Assembly: GCA_964016885.1 (NCBI GenBank)
Contig: OZ024741.1
Coordinates: 64,542,001 to 64,606,000 of the forward strand
Length of the DNA: 64,000 nucleotides
Origin: Eledone cirrhosa
Taxonomy: Eukaryota
Direction of reading: 5' to 3'
The position numbers and the translations under genes were made by a program. The notes under the pieces are model-generated. The model worked only from the letters and a program-made list of their open reading frames with translations. It did not search any database and was not told the origin of the DNA. The first letter of the stretch is position 1. Each line of letters starts with the position of its first letter. Shown here piece after piece: positions 51,301-63,783 of the stretch.

Positions 51301-54300
51301 AAAAAATCAATCAAAAAAGAAAAAGAAAAAATGTATAGCATACCTGCTCAAGATATCGGTCACAGTTAATGTACTCTCTTTCATGTGGGTCTTGTAACTT
51401 GTGTGTCTTGATGTACTGCCAGAGAGCATTAATAATGACAGGGCGAGTCTGGGTGTGCATTCCAAGGAGACGAGCCAGTCTTTGATCAAGTTTGAATTGC
51501 ATTGGCTGTTACAAACGGACAAAAAGAAAGATAAGACATAAAATATCATGTTGCAACATTGATACAAAAACCACATGTGAACAGTAGAGAAGGCGTGGTT
51601 CATCTGTCAAGTTAATGCCATGAAAAATGCACCCAGAACACTCTGTAAAATGGTTAGTGTTAGGAAGGGCATCCAGCTGTAGAAAACTCATGAAATTAAG
51701 TGTCGAGAGGACTCATCAGTTGCATCAAAGACATGACATCCTTCCTATTGCTAGTGCCATGTTAAAATGCACCAGGTACACTCTGTTGAGTGTAGCAACA
51801 TGTGTAAGCAAGATGAGGCTCCATAATTGTGAAACAAACTTCCTAAGCATACGACCAAGATGGAATCTACAGCATGTTAGAATTGTATGGGAAAGATGGA
51901 AAAGACACCACCATTAATTTTTATAGATGTCCTAGCATTCAATGTGTCCAGTAGTGGTGAAGCTTCTTATGCTACAGTAAAAGTAAAATAGTCACTCTGA
52001 AATAAAGTGAAAACAACCCTTCACCTCTAACCCTTTCATAAGCATATTTCTAATGAAATACACTCAATTTCAATTAATTAAGGAAGAATTTACTAAAATC
52101 ATTAATAATTTCACTACTAATATAGGATTTGTAAAGTAACATAACATATGGTTCTTATATAAAACTATGTTGAAAGAATTTAATTTAAATAAGAATACTT
52201 TGGGTGATTTGATTTTATAGATGGGTGGGTGGGTTGGTATCAAAAGGGTTTAAAAAGAACCTTTCTAGTTCAATGCCATAACTACACCCATTCCACTCTA
52301 TTATTTGATGATAGGAAGAGTATCTACTTATTCAAACTAGATATACAATACAATAAATATCATAACATGAAGACAATGCTAGAAAAGTTAAAAGAAAAAA
52401 AAATGGCAAACTGCCAGCATTGAACATTGCTTACCTGATAATCAAGCATTAGAAGAACAGTACACTTAACATTGTTATCACCTGGCCTCTTCACTTGAAA
52501 CCCATCAGTCTCTTGAGTATTGGGCGTACGATGCCACTACAATAAAGAAATAGTAAAAAAGGCTACATGATAAATAACAGCTATGGTAAATAACATTTGC
52601 CTAAGATGCCACACAATGCATTCAAACTTGGGACTTAATGATTGCAAAGTGAACTTTTTAACCATTCAACCTTACTGCATTCACACTGAGGTACACAAAA
52701 TAAAATTAAAAACTGACTAAGTATATAATTAAAAAGACTAATAGATCTGAACCAATATTCCAGGAACCATATCAACTCAGCTATTAAGCTACTTACTACA
52801 CTTCAATGATGGAGGAGAGTCCAGTTGCTAAGAGTAGGAAATAAGAACTCTCTATCAGAGGCTAACCAACCAGGGATGTGTAAACCACATTTTAGTCAGA
52901 CAGCTGTCATGTAGATAAAATGAAGCACTCAACAACAAGTATAAATGGTACAAGCCGGAATATTATAGAGTATTACACAGATTGAAGGTCATATGCAGTT
53001 GTATTTAGGTTTATTTTTATATCCCTGATACATATTTTGCTGAGGTCTACTGCTAGATAGTTTTCTTCTTACCCATCCCAATAGTCTGAGCTCGTCAGAT
53101 GGTATTAAAAAAACTTTAAAATAATTTCACACAACTTAAAAAACTAAAATATTTAGAAACTTCTCAAAAATTAAAAAATTAAAAAATTTCCTTGTAAATT
53201 TTTTCCGTTTCATGACACAGGGGATGGCAGATTGTGTAGATGTTGTTTCTATGCCAGCCAGCCCCTGTATGACCCCTAGCACTATGGTGGAAGTGTGGGT
53301 GTGTCCCCTGTCCCATGTCATCACCACTAAATGTCAAAAATAGCAAGTCATCATTGTAGGAACAAATTCTGCAAGTAGCCAATCTCTCCCACCTCTCTAC
53401 CAGGCAGTGGTTGTTATAGTAATATTGACAGCCATCTGCTCCCACATATATATATAATTTGTTCCATAATATATAAATATATACAGACCTAAATAGAGCT
53501 CTGCAGACCTCATTGCCAATTGGAAAATAGAAGAGAAAGCAGAGAAAGGCTGTAAAGAACAAACTAAAATTCCTACAGCTGTTGACAAGAAGAGAAGAAA
53601 TTCCAGACAAGGAAACAAATGTAGAATCAAAAGGCCCCACAGTAAACTCAATAAGTAGGAAAAAGACAGATTCCTGCTGCAATCAGGAAAATGGTTGTGC
53701 TTGATATACAGAAAAGGAGTAAGGACAAGCTCTATACAATGTAAACTATGGGCACACAAAAGGTATCCCATAGAGACTAACAGAGAAAAGAGATTTTTGG
53801 TGGGCGATGAACAAAGATAGTTAACAATAGAAGCATTAATGAAAAAACACCAGTCCAAAAAAAGTTACCTAGGGGACCTAATTAGTAGAAGGGCAAAAGT
53901 CCAGGGAATTACTACTTCTGCTCTCCATGTAAAGTGTAAATTGTATAATACATTGAATGCAGAGGATATGCAAAGGCTAGACAGAAATGAATGAGTATGG
54001 GCTATCGGATATGTACTGTTAGCATGCATGCTTGATGAGTTGAGAGAAAAATTGAGACAAGAGGAATGCAGTGTGAAAAAGGGAAAGTTGTGCTGGTACA
54101 GAAACATATGTACAAATAACAACTGTTGTTTCCAAGAGCTTCAGATTAAAGGAACTACAGAAGAGGAACACATGGGCAGAAGTGATGAAAGCTGATCACT
54201 GGATGCTGAACCTTGCAAAGGTGATAACAAATGATAGAGGCAAGTAGAGGGGTGTTGCAGCCGAGAAGACTTGACTATACCATGCAAGTATGGAAAAGCA

Positions 54301-57300
54301 GATGTAAAAATGAAAATACTAATGATGATTAGTAGGGTACATGAATCATTGAATGAAAATTGCTTATCAATACAGGCATGCCTCCGGCCCACTGTCCAAC
54401 CTTGTTAGCAAGGAACACAGACATTAAATGATGGTGATAATGATATAGTTTGAACAGTCCTCAAAATGCAACTTACCTCAACTAGATGGTTGTCAGGTCC
54501 ATACAGATCTTTGTCAAGTTCAATTACAAGACTTTTGAAAAAAGACGAGAATTTTCGTTTCACTTTGTTAGCATCGCTAAGCTTGGAACTTGCAGCCTAA
54601 AAGAGAAACAACAATTAACATCTTTCAAATATTATATATAATTTTATATCTTACAAAAAGTAAGTAAAAAAGTTTTTTTTGTTTTTTTTTGAAAATCAAA
54701 ACTGATTTTCTTTATAGTAAAAAAATTAAAGGAAAAGAGAAAACTTAAATCTTCCTAAGAATGTCAATCACTTTACACTGTCTCTTTGCCAATCTGCCAA
54801 GTATTTTATTGAGTATTTTAATGAATTTATATCCATTTTATATCATAAGGACATGTGATTTTTGGTTTTAAAAAGTTGAATTTTTTTTTCATCATCATCA
54901 TCACTATTTAATGTCTATTTTCCATGCTTGCATTTATTAGACAGGTGACTATGACTTGCTTATATGGAACAGTTTTTTTGGGCTTGGTTGGCTAAAGACA
55001 GATACCCTTCCTAACACCAAACAGTTTGAACCGAGTGCTTTTTACTGTGGCACCAAAAATGACCATCTGACAGAGTGGAGTGGGTGCTTTTTTGTTGTGT
55101 CACCAACATGACCACCTTACAAGGTGGGCTAGGTGTTTTTTTGTCATGTCACCAATATGACTGCCTCATGACTGGGTGCTTTTTGTTGTCATCAGTACAA
55201 CCACCTAACAAGGTGGCTTAAGTGCTTTTTGTTGTTGTGGCAAGACTGGGAGAGCAGGTGTGAAGTGAGTTCAGTTTTCCATGCTTGCATGCATGGGTTG
55301 AACAGGAGATGTATCAGAGTATTTAGAAGGGGAATGGGGTGAAATGAGTATGCAGGTTGGGGATGGGTGAAGATTGGTGTAAATAAATGTTCTCTAGATG
55401 TTTGCTACATCCTGTGTAAATGGGAATGAGTGGAGTGGGAGGGGGGTCTTCTGCAGCACAGCATATTGCCAGCCCTCAATCCTGTCATCACGGAGGTCTG
55501 CTTTTATCACTGCATTCCAATTTTTTCTAGGTTTTCCTCTTCCATAGTTTCCTTCAACTTAGCCATGCTTTTCCTGTCTTGAATTGCCTTGCATATGGGA
55601 TACAACACAAAGAATACAAGTGTTTTATGGCCATCTTCTCTGCTAAAGGAAGGGTTAGCCATGTGGACTTCATGACAAGCTTCTTCCTTTCCCCAATTAT
55701 CTGCATCCTCCCCTCACCATCATCTTTAATCATGTCTTTCTTGGTTTTCCCCCCTTCTACTTCCTTCCACATTCATTTCCATCACTCTTCTCACCAAGTT
55801 ACTTTCATCTTTCCTTAGCACATGACTTAACTATCTCATTCCATATCTTTTCATCACTGGAGATCTAGAATAGGTACTGTATCTCTATGTGTCGTAAGAG
55901 GCAACATAAAGAGTTAGTGACAGGAATGGTATCTGGTCATAAAACAATACCTTAAAAAGGACCTCATGATGAGTATAATAACACCCCACACAAGGGATGA
56001 AGAATAATTTATACTTAGCACTCTGTATGGCAGCATTTGATATATGGCTAAACTACAGAAGACTTTACAAACAGAATATAGTTACATGACTTAATACCAA
56101 AAGGCATTTAGTTAGGTGCTCTACCAACTTCAGGTTCATAAAAATAATAATTGTTTCCTTGAGCAAGACACTTTATTTCACATTGCTCCAGTTTACTCAG
56201 CTGTAGAAATGAGATGATAGGGACTGGGATCCCTATCATTCCACTGCAAAGTGGTTGTGGAGGTACTACGGCAAAAAAGCACCCAGCCCACACTGTAAAG
56301 TGGACGTGTAGGCGCCACGGAAAAAAGCACCCAGCTGTAGAAATCAAGCCAGAATCAGTTCCCATCCCACCCTTGCAAGCAGGGAAAAGCGGACGTAAAA
56401 TGATGATAAATGATAAAAACATAGACACATGGCCACAATTTAGAGAGAGTGGTAAGTCGATTAAATTGACCCCAATACTTGACTGGTACTTTGACTTTCA
56501 TCCTACTGGAGTTAATAAAACAAAGTTGACCTCGATGGGATGTGAACTCAGAATGTAAAGGGCTATAACTAAATACATCAAGATGCATTGTCTGACACTT
56601 TACCGATTCTGTTTGACCACAATGATAATAATAATTACTTACATCATCTAAAAGGCGTCCTTCTACACGTAACTCCCACGATGACACTGACTCCTCACCA
56701 TCCTGTAAAAATATCAGAAATATTTTAATACACTGCATGAGAATATATACATAACATAGATGTTTTATTTTCTGCAACACTAAAATTTAATCCTAAAATA
56801 TTGTATTGTCTAACACTTTTCATAAATAATCCATTCATTTTCCTACTTTTAAATTCTTTAAAAACAGGCAGGTTCTAGAAAACAGTAACAATAGAATCTA
56901 ATAACATTATTAATTCTAATACATTAATTCTAATGGGCGGTGGATTGGCAGTATCGGTAGAGGGTAGGACGCCATGCTTTGACGCATAGAGTTACAGCCC
57001 TTGCCATTCTGAGTTCAAATCCCGCCGAGGTTAACTTTGCCTTTCATCCTTACGGGGTCGATAAAATAAAGTACCAGTAATACACTGGGTAATTGCTGGC
57101 CTTGTGCCAAAAGTAGAAACAATTATTCATTCTAATACAGCATCTGTTAACCTTGAACATTCCCCACCCCTTAATTTTACACATAAATATGTGCAGGTAT
57201 GGCTGTGTGATTAAGAAGTTTGCTTCACAACCATGTGGTTCTGGGTTCATTCCCAATGTGTGGCACCTTGCGCAAATGTCTTCTACTGTAGCCTTGGGTT

Positions 57301-60300
57301 GACCAATGCCTTCTGAGTGGAATTTAGTAGATTGAAACCCATGATATATATAATAATGAAATAATAATAATGAAATTATTGTGTAAAGTGCTCAGGTGCA
57401 CTACAACTCGTCAATATAGTACATAGAATAATACACAAATGCCAGGGAAGTACATGTTTGTATGTGTTAGCTGTAGTGTTGGCGGATCTCGGGAAGCATG
57501 GAGGCCTTAAAGGATGCAGTGTCTTGACAGCTAACAACTGATGCAGGTAGTTTGTTCCATGCTTCAGCAACTCTGAGCGTGAAAAAATGTTTCCGAAAGT
57601 CATGGGAACTGTGCTGTTTTCTTACTTTGTGGGCATGTCCACGTGTGTTAGACACATGGAAATCGAAAAGGCACTCAGGGTTGTTGTTGGCAACATGGTT
57701 AACAATTTTGTGGGTGTTTACCAAGTCAGTTGCCAGGCGTCGGAGCTTCAATGAATCCATGCCCAGGGAAGCAAGGCGCTCAGAGTATGGTAGATGCCTG
57801 ATGGAGGGTATTCGCTTGGTTGCACGTCTCTGAACAGTTTCCAGGCGGTCAATGTCCTGAGCAAGATAGGGGTTCCAGACTGGTGATGCAAATTCTAAGT
57901 GTGGTCGCACCATAGCTGTATACAGCCTTAAATGTGTGTGCATGCCCATGTCTCTGTTTACATTATTGTGTGTGTCTATATTTCTTTCCCGTAACTTAAG
58001 AGTTTAACAAAAAAGATATCAATGAGATAAGTACCAAATTTGAAAAATAAAGTAATGGGATTGATATTATCAACTAGATCAAGACGATGTCCCAGCACAG
58101 CTGCAGTTAATGACTAAAACCAATAAATATCTTTTTTTGTTTTAAATGTTAGTCCTGAAAATTCTCAGTCTAAATATCCTTGTTACCACTGAATACTTTT
58201 TTACATGTTCTATTTTGAACATTCTTATTACCACATTTCTAATGAAAGCCACAGCCTATGTTCAAATAATTTAGAATTTGAAAAGATTTAGTAATGTAGA
58301 TAACTTTCTCATTATTAAGCAGATGTTTGGAACATAACTTAACAAAAGTTCTCACATAAAATTATGACAGAAAGTTTGTTTGTTTTTTTTTTCATAAATA
58401 TAAACACTTTAAAACAATCTGTTTCGTATTATAGAAATAGGGGCAGCTTCAGGTGCATTAGTATCAAAAGGGTTAGCCTTCAATACCTCTATGTTCTTTC
58501 TCCAAGATGTAGCTAATTCTAGTTACAAGAAAAAAAAACTTGAATTATAGTGGTGTACCACAAGAAAACAAACCTGACATATGTCATGAAGTGGTTGATG
58601 TGAGGATGGGCATCAAGCCAAAGAAACCATCCCAAAATGGAACATATGAGCAAGACACAGTAGTCTGACCTGCCAGTCTAGCTTCAGCATGACAACCCAT
58701 CTAACCCATGAAAGTGATGATAGTAATGCCATATCTGAACTGATTATGAAAAACATAAATTTGCTTGGTATTGCAAAAGAGTTAACTTACCTCACCTTCC
58801 GGCTTTCCAGGAGTAAAAGTATTTGAGATAAATATCCGTAGCTTTCGTTTTTGCTATAAAACAAAATACAGTTGTCATTGAAGTGAATTATTAGAAAAAC
58901 ATCATTGTAATTTTCATAACAATATATCCAAAATTATTAACTAAATTTTGAAATGTTGCACTGTTCAGTTTTAGAAAGAAAAAACAAAACATCTTACCTT
59001 CATTGGTCTCTTCAAAGCTTCTTGAATATCAAGCCTCTTTCTCATAATAGTGGCATCTAATTTCCGTTCAAATGCTAACAGATCCATGTATGCTTGAGAT
59101 TCAGGAACCAAGTCACGAACCTGAAAGTAATATTTATTTCTCTTTAACCAAGAACAAAGACTATGTTAGTGGAGGAAGAAGTTGTCATCTAAATCAATGA
59201 CAGGTTCTCATTCTATAAATTATAGACGGGTCAAATTCCAAGTCAAACATAGCACTATTTGACCTCAGAATTGTGAAGTACCAATATATAGTTACACTAA
59301 AGTATCCATTCAGAGATACTACTGTCTCAGCTATCACACCTTACTCAACTTGAATACAATATTAATCCTTTTGATACTAATCCATTCAAAATCACCCATG
59401 TTTCTATGAAACAAAACCATCCATGTTAAAGAGTTCCAATTTATATTAAAATTTTCCAACATAATTTTATATAAGAACCATATGTTAGTCAATCACTATA
59501 AATAGCAGTTGAGAAAGTTGGATAAGTTATTAACAGTTATTTTGTTTTTAAGTCAAAAAAAAGTGAAAACTTTGAAAGTCTATGAGAAATTTCTATAAAA
59601 GATACTTTTATACTAAATTTCTATCTATAAATGAGAATATATAATAATAATGAAATTATTGTGTAAAGTGCTCAGGTGCACTACAACTCGTCAATATAGT
59701 ACATAGAATAATACACAAATGCCAGGGAAGTACATGTTTGTATGTGTTAGCTGTAGTGTTGGCGGATCTCGGGAAGCATGGAGGCCTTAAAGGATGCAGC
59801 GTCTCGACAGCTAACAACTGATGCAGGTAGTTTGTTCCATGCTTCAGCAACTCTGAGCGTGAAAAAATGTTTCCGAAAGTCATGGGAACTGTGCTGTTTT
59901 CTTACTTTGTGGGCATGTCCACGTGTGTTAGACACATGGAAATCGAAAAGGCACTCAGGGTTGTTGTTGGCAACATGGTTAACAATTTTGTGGGTGTTTA
60001 CCAAGTCAGTTGCCAGGCGTCGGAGCTTCAATGAATCCATGCCCAGGGAAGCAAGGCGCTCAGAGTATGGTAGATGCCTGATGGAGGGTATTCGCTTGGT
60101 TGCACGTCTCTGAACAGTTTCCAGGCGGTCAATGTCCTGAGCAAGATAGGGGTTCCAGACTGGTGATGCAAATTCTAAGTGTGGTCGCACCATAGCTGTA
60201 TACAGCCTTAAATAGATATCTGGAGAGCGGCTGACAAAGGTCTTGCTGAGTGATGCTAAGACACCCTCGGCCCTCTTGACAATTTTAGAGACGTGCCTCG

Positions 60301-63300
60301 TCCAACGCAAATCGCTGCTGACCGTAATGCCCAGGTCACGTTCACAGGAAGACTTCTTGATATTAGTGCTGTGGAGGGAATATGTGGACGCTGGGTTTTT
60401 ACTCCCAAAATGCATGGTGGTGCACTTGTCCACAGCTAGCTTGAGTTGCCAGTCCGAGATCCACTGTTGCATTGTGTCCAGGTCAGACTGCAAGCAAGAT
60501 CTAGTGTTCAGGATCTGTCCTTTTTATCTCAAGGTACAGCTTGATGTCGTCTGCGTACTTTAGTACTGTGGCATTCCTTAAGTTGGCATCTATGTCATTA
60601 ATATATGCCACAAACAAAAGGGGGCCAAGAACAGATCCCTGAGGTACACCAGATGACATCTCATATGGTGAGGAATGCTGTCCCAGAACCGTGACTACCT
60701 CTCTTCGACTGAGAATGAAGGACTTCAACCAGTTAAAAAGATCATCCTTCACACCCATTGCAGAGAGTTTTGCCATAAGCCTTTTGTGCGGCACAGAATT
60801 GAAGGCCTTCGCAAAGTCAAGGTAAACAACATCCACCCATGAGCCGCCATCAGTGATCCGGGTGATGTCCTCAAGAAACTCTATAAGTTGATCACAGCAG
60901 CTGGAGTTGGGGATAAATCCAAATTGCGAAGGCCGGATAAGACTGTGAGAGCTCCAGAAGTTCCAAAGTGTTTCTCTGACACAGGATTCCATCAGTTTGG
61001 CGATGCAACTAGTAAGACTGACTGGACGATAGTTCACAGGTGATGTGCGGTCACCCTTTTTGAACAGAGGAATTACACTGGCAGTTTTCCACTGTTCTGG
61101 AGTAGCACTGTTGTTCAGATAGAATTGGAAGAAGCGTGATAACTGGTGTAGAAGGAAGTACCCACCACGTTTAAGAAGCAGGTACGTAACACCATCAAGA
61201 CCAGGAGAGGCATGGTTGCGTTTATTTTTTAGGTGACGTCGCAGCATTGCAGGTGTAAATTCCATGGTTGTAATAGAGTCCGGTGTCATAGGTGGTGGAG
61301 ATGGTACACTCTGGTCATCAATGGTGAAAATGCCTGCATAGCATTCAGCAATGAGCTCTGCGCATTCCTTGGGGTCGTCAGTAACCTGGCTTGTGTGGGG
61401 ATTGCGAAGAGGACCAACTGGAGAGTGAGGCCTCTGCTTTGAGTGAACATACTTCCAGAACACCTTACTGTCAGGGCTGGTTGCTATGCGCTGCTCAAAT
61501 TGAAGCACTGCCTTTTTTGTCACCTGTTTGAGGTGGTTGGACGATCTATTTCGCCTCTTCCTATTAATGTCTGATTTGTGAAGTTTGTACTCACGTTCAG
61601 CATTGCGCCGTTCTTTTCTGGCAAGACGGACTGCTGCAGTCTCCCAAATTGCGCTTTTAGGATGTTTTTTCCGCTTACGTGGCACCGATGCTGCACATGC
61701 TGTCCATATTGAGCTCAGGATGTTCTGGAGTACAGTGTTGACATCTCCAGAGTCATAGAACTCAAGCCAGTTTGGCCGTTGCAACTCGGTGCAGTAACAG
61801 TTCCAGTCTGCTCTATTCCAGTCAAAGTGAGCAGTTTGGAGATGGTTGTGGTTCTTGTTACTGCCCATGAGGGATAGATTGGCAATGATCATAGCATGAT
61901 CAGAGTCACCTAAAGGTTCCTCAGCAGTAACACTAATGACCGTTTCAGGAGTAGTGGTGAAGAGTAGGTCCAAAGTGTTGTCACCTCTCGTTGGGGAGGT
62001 GACCACCTGGGACCAACTCGAGTCCAGCACCAGCTCAAGGAAGTCATTTGCACTTGGCGGCCAACGAAAGGTCTCCCAGTCAATCTCAGGGTGATTGAAG
62101 TCACCTGCAATGAAAACATAAGTGGCTGTCTTCCTGGCAGCAGCTCTGAGGATATCACAAAGTTGAGTGTCCTGATGGTAATTTGGGGGACGGTAAACGA
62201 CTCCAAGTAGCAGTGTTGACATGGTCATACGTATATCGCAGAAAAAAACTTCCTGCTGTGATTGGTTCAAATCAGCACAAGGAATTGCCGACAGATTTGA
62301 CCGAACGTAGACCATTACACCACCACCACGACGATTAATACGGTCTTTACGAAACAGGTTGTAGCCAGTCATGCTGAAAACCCCATCACAGAGTAAGGGA
62401 TGTGCCCAAGTTTCCGTGACTGTAATGAAGTCCGGGTTGATACTTTTGACGTAGGAGTCAAAAAGATGAATCTTATTGCATAGACTACGTGCATTCAAGG
62501 ACAACAGTTTGTACTTTGATTCCAGTCTATGATTATGTGCAGGGGATGGCAGGTTGTTCTGATTTAGTTTCCCAGAGTTTTTTCAGTTTCTTTATTGTCA
62601 GTTGTTGTGGGTACACTGTTTTCAGACCAGCTGGTGTCTCTTTTCCATGATTCGCCAGCCTTAACAAACCTCCATATCTGCCCATCATCTCGTAGGCTGA
62701 AGCTTTCATGTTCTGCCGAGCTGCGGTTTAGGGAAGCTGCAGCACGCAACTTTGGGCGGACATCAGGTGGAAGACCAGGACGTGTTCGGAAAGCATATAA
62801 ACACTGTTTGGAAACATTGAGGAAATAAATATCAAATATAACTTACTTTCTGAGGTAGAATTTTGTCTGCAATCTTCTTTTTCTTTTTTCTGGTTTTAAA
62901 AACAGCGAGGGTGGGGAGAGAGAAATACAGTGAGAGGAAAGAATGTTTAATAATTTTTCCAAAGTTGTAGAACATGAGGGTTAGAATGTTACATGATTTA
63001 ACAATAAACTTAAAAGATGGAATGTGTAAAACAATCATATAATATGAAATTACAGGCAGGGCGTTAAATTTAGATTTAAACCAAATACTTCAACATCCTG
63101 TACCACATGAGACTATTAGCAAGATACTCTTCAACAATACACAACAACACTATGATTGGCCTCACATCAAAAATTAAAGCCAATTTTTACAATGATTCTA
63201 TTCACTAGATACTCTAAAAATTTGGCCTATTTTTAGATATTTTCAGCTAAATCATTATAGGATGTTATGAACTAATATGTTGCTTTCTACTGCAGCACCA

Positions 63301-63783
63301 CGTTAATTTTTAAAAGTTCCTCCCTCCATCCACACTACCCACACTAGTCTATGAGGTCCTACAAATCTTGCCCTTCCTCCTTTGACAAAAGCATAACAAA
63401 TATAAGAGTCTTGTCTCATCATCTTGTGAGTACACAGGTGAAACACTAGAGTAACAAGACTCACTACTTAACCATAATAAAGAATATTTAAACACTACTT
63501 TGGTTTTGAGTACTCATTCAATATCATACGGATATATATACATTATTATTATTATTATTTTAATTCACTAATCTCAAATACAGCAAATTGCAAATAAAAG
63601 CCATTCACATATAAAGCTATCTTGAAATCTACATCAAGACGAAGAATTGTAAAGCTATCCAGAAAACTTACGGTTTAGAGATTTGCTGTGGTGCTCTTGC
63701 TTCATTCGCTGACCGTTTCCGATCCAGAGGTCCCTGCATGCCAGGAGGTGGCATTCCAGGTGAAATTCCTGTTCGAGGCATAC
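40440..63783 (-). CDS. SMARCD1: SWI/SNF subunit BAF60/SMARCD (Bap60 orthologue), 14 coding exons in the window, 5' end outside
   Basis: Exons are 63783-63672, 62889-62847, 59120-58998, 58853-58791, 56702-56643, 54596-54477, 52536-52435, 51505-51344, 50339-50242, 45564-45510, 43923-43843, 43495-43373, 41392-41291 and 40493-40440. All introns are GT-AG, the 1298 nt join in one open frame, and the peptide closely matches human SMARCD1. Confidence 0.97.
41291..41392 (-). CDS. SMARCD1: SMARCD exon: [34 protein letters not shown]
   Basis: atcag|...|gtaagt. Confidence 0.97.
42463..42645 (+). mobile_element. Young SINE with TSD ATTATTAATAA
   Basis: Full SINE body with direct repeats on both sides. 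Confidence 0.88.
42660..43177. mobile_element. Tigger/pogo-like MITE
   Basis: TA|CCGTATATACTC ... GAGTATATATAG|TA, with repeated AATATAAGCC subterminal motifs. Confidence 0.7.
43373..43495 (-). CDS. SMARCD1: SMARCD exon: [41 protein letters not shown]
   Basis: ttcag|...|gtaaaa. Confidence 0.97.
43843..43923 (-). CDS. SMARCD1: SMARCD exon: [27 protein letters not shown]
   Basis: tacag|...|gtacca. Confidence 0.96.
45510..45564 (-). CDS. SMARCD1: SMARCD exon: [18 protein letters not shown]
   Basis: tatag|G ATG...GTG|gtaggt. Confidence 0.95.
46355..46396 (-). CDS. Candidate 42-nt in-frame cassette exon of SMARCD ([14 protein letters not shown])
   Basis: A long pyrimidine tract ends in ttttaaag|C GGA...GAC AG|gtgagc. 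It is symmetric phase 2-2 like the host intron and has no stop. No transcript evidence is available. Confidence 0.6.
46756..49598 (-). mobile_element. CR1-clade LINE, older 5'-truncated copy with frameshifts and a doubled 3' end, nested in a SINE
   Basis: APE (AGDFNHP, TLDLIF, LGDSDH), RT ([25 protein letters not shown]) and the C-terminal TRGH...FFTLRV..WNKLP are present, with an (ATT)n tail and SINE halves on both sides. Confidence 0.93.
49599..50042 (-). mobile_element. Cluster of three tandem SINE pieces
   Basis: Reverse-complement SINE bodies separated by (TACTTGG)TAATAAT motifs. Confidence 0.85.
50242..50339 (-). CDS. SMARCD1: SMARCD exon: [32 protein letters not shown](V)
   Basis: tgtag|...GT|gtaagt, phase 2. 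Confidence 0.96.
51344..51505 (-). CDS. SMARCD1: SMARCD exon (SWIB domain): [54 protein letters not shown]
   Basis: aacag|...|gtatgc. Confidence 0.97.
52435..52536 (-). CDS. SMARCD1: SMARCD exon: [34 protein letters not shown]
   Basis: tgtag|...|gtaagc. Confidence 0.97.
53395..54300 (+). mobile_element. Highly degenerate RTE LINE fragment related to 37759-38790
   Basis: Residual [21 protein letters not shown] and downstream RTE-like sequence. Confidence 0.6.
54477..54596 (-). CDS. SMARCD1: SMARCD exon: [40 protein letters not shown]
   Basis: tttag|...|gtaagt. Confidence 0.96.
55030..55245. repeat. Degenerate ~45-50-bp tandem repeat (4-5 units) amplified from a SINE-internal segment
   Basis: Recurrent GGTGCTTTTT..TGTCACCAA.ATGACCACCT.ACAAGGTGG. 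Confidence 0.65.
56643..56702 (-). CDS. SMARCD1: SMARCD exon: [20 protein letters not shown]
   Basis: tacag|...|gtaagt. Confidence 0.96.
56933..57125 (+). mobile_element. Young full-length SINE
   Basis: GGCGGTGGATTGGCAGTATCGGTAGAG...GAGTTCAAATCCC (A/B-box-like)...GTAGAAACAATTATT. Confidence 0.9.
57352..57932 (-). mobile_element. CR1 LINE 3' fragment (~580 bp) inserted in the microsatellite middle of a third-family SINE (57193-58125)
   Basis: It is nearly identical to 59640-60213 (I see 2 substitutions). The SINE head lies to the left and the SINE tail to the right. Confidence 0.93.
58791..58853 (-). CDS. SMARCD1: SMARCD exon: [21 protein letters not shown]
   Basis: tatag|...|gtaagt. Confidence 0.95.
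58998..59120 (-). CDS. SMARCD1: SMARCD exon: [41 protein letters not shown]
   Basis: Canonical splice sites; near-identical to human. Confidence 0.97.
59640..62815 (-). mobile_element. Young CR1-clade LINE: end of ORF1 plus complete ORF2 with a single frameshift
   Basis: ORF 60501-62504 (APE+RT) and ORF 59747-60493 are joined by an apparent 2-nt deletion near 60500 relative to the older copy ([14 protein letters not shown]). The upstream ORF remnant ends at 62564 and there is an (ATT)n tail. Confidence 0.95.
62847..62889 (-). CDS. SMARCD1: SMARCD exon: [14 protein letters not shown]
   Basis: ccag|...|gtaagt; human KKKKMADKILPQR. Confidence 0.95.
63672..63783 (-). CDS. SMARCD1: SMARCD exon: (G)[37 protein letters not shown]
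   Basis: tttag|...|gtaagt. It is Pro/Gly/Met-rich with an RKR motif, and its phase matches the next exon. Confidence 0.85.

Noticed and set aside
56933-57030. tRNA genes suggested by A/B-box-like motifs (many copies)
   Set aside because: They are heads of tRNA-derived SINEs with no complete cloverleaf.
58791-58796. Tandem alternative donor GAAG|GTGAG|GTAAGT in a SMARCD exon
   Set aside because: Using the upstream GT shifts the frame by 5 nt. The downstream GTAAGT is the consensus site and fits the homology.
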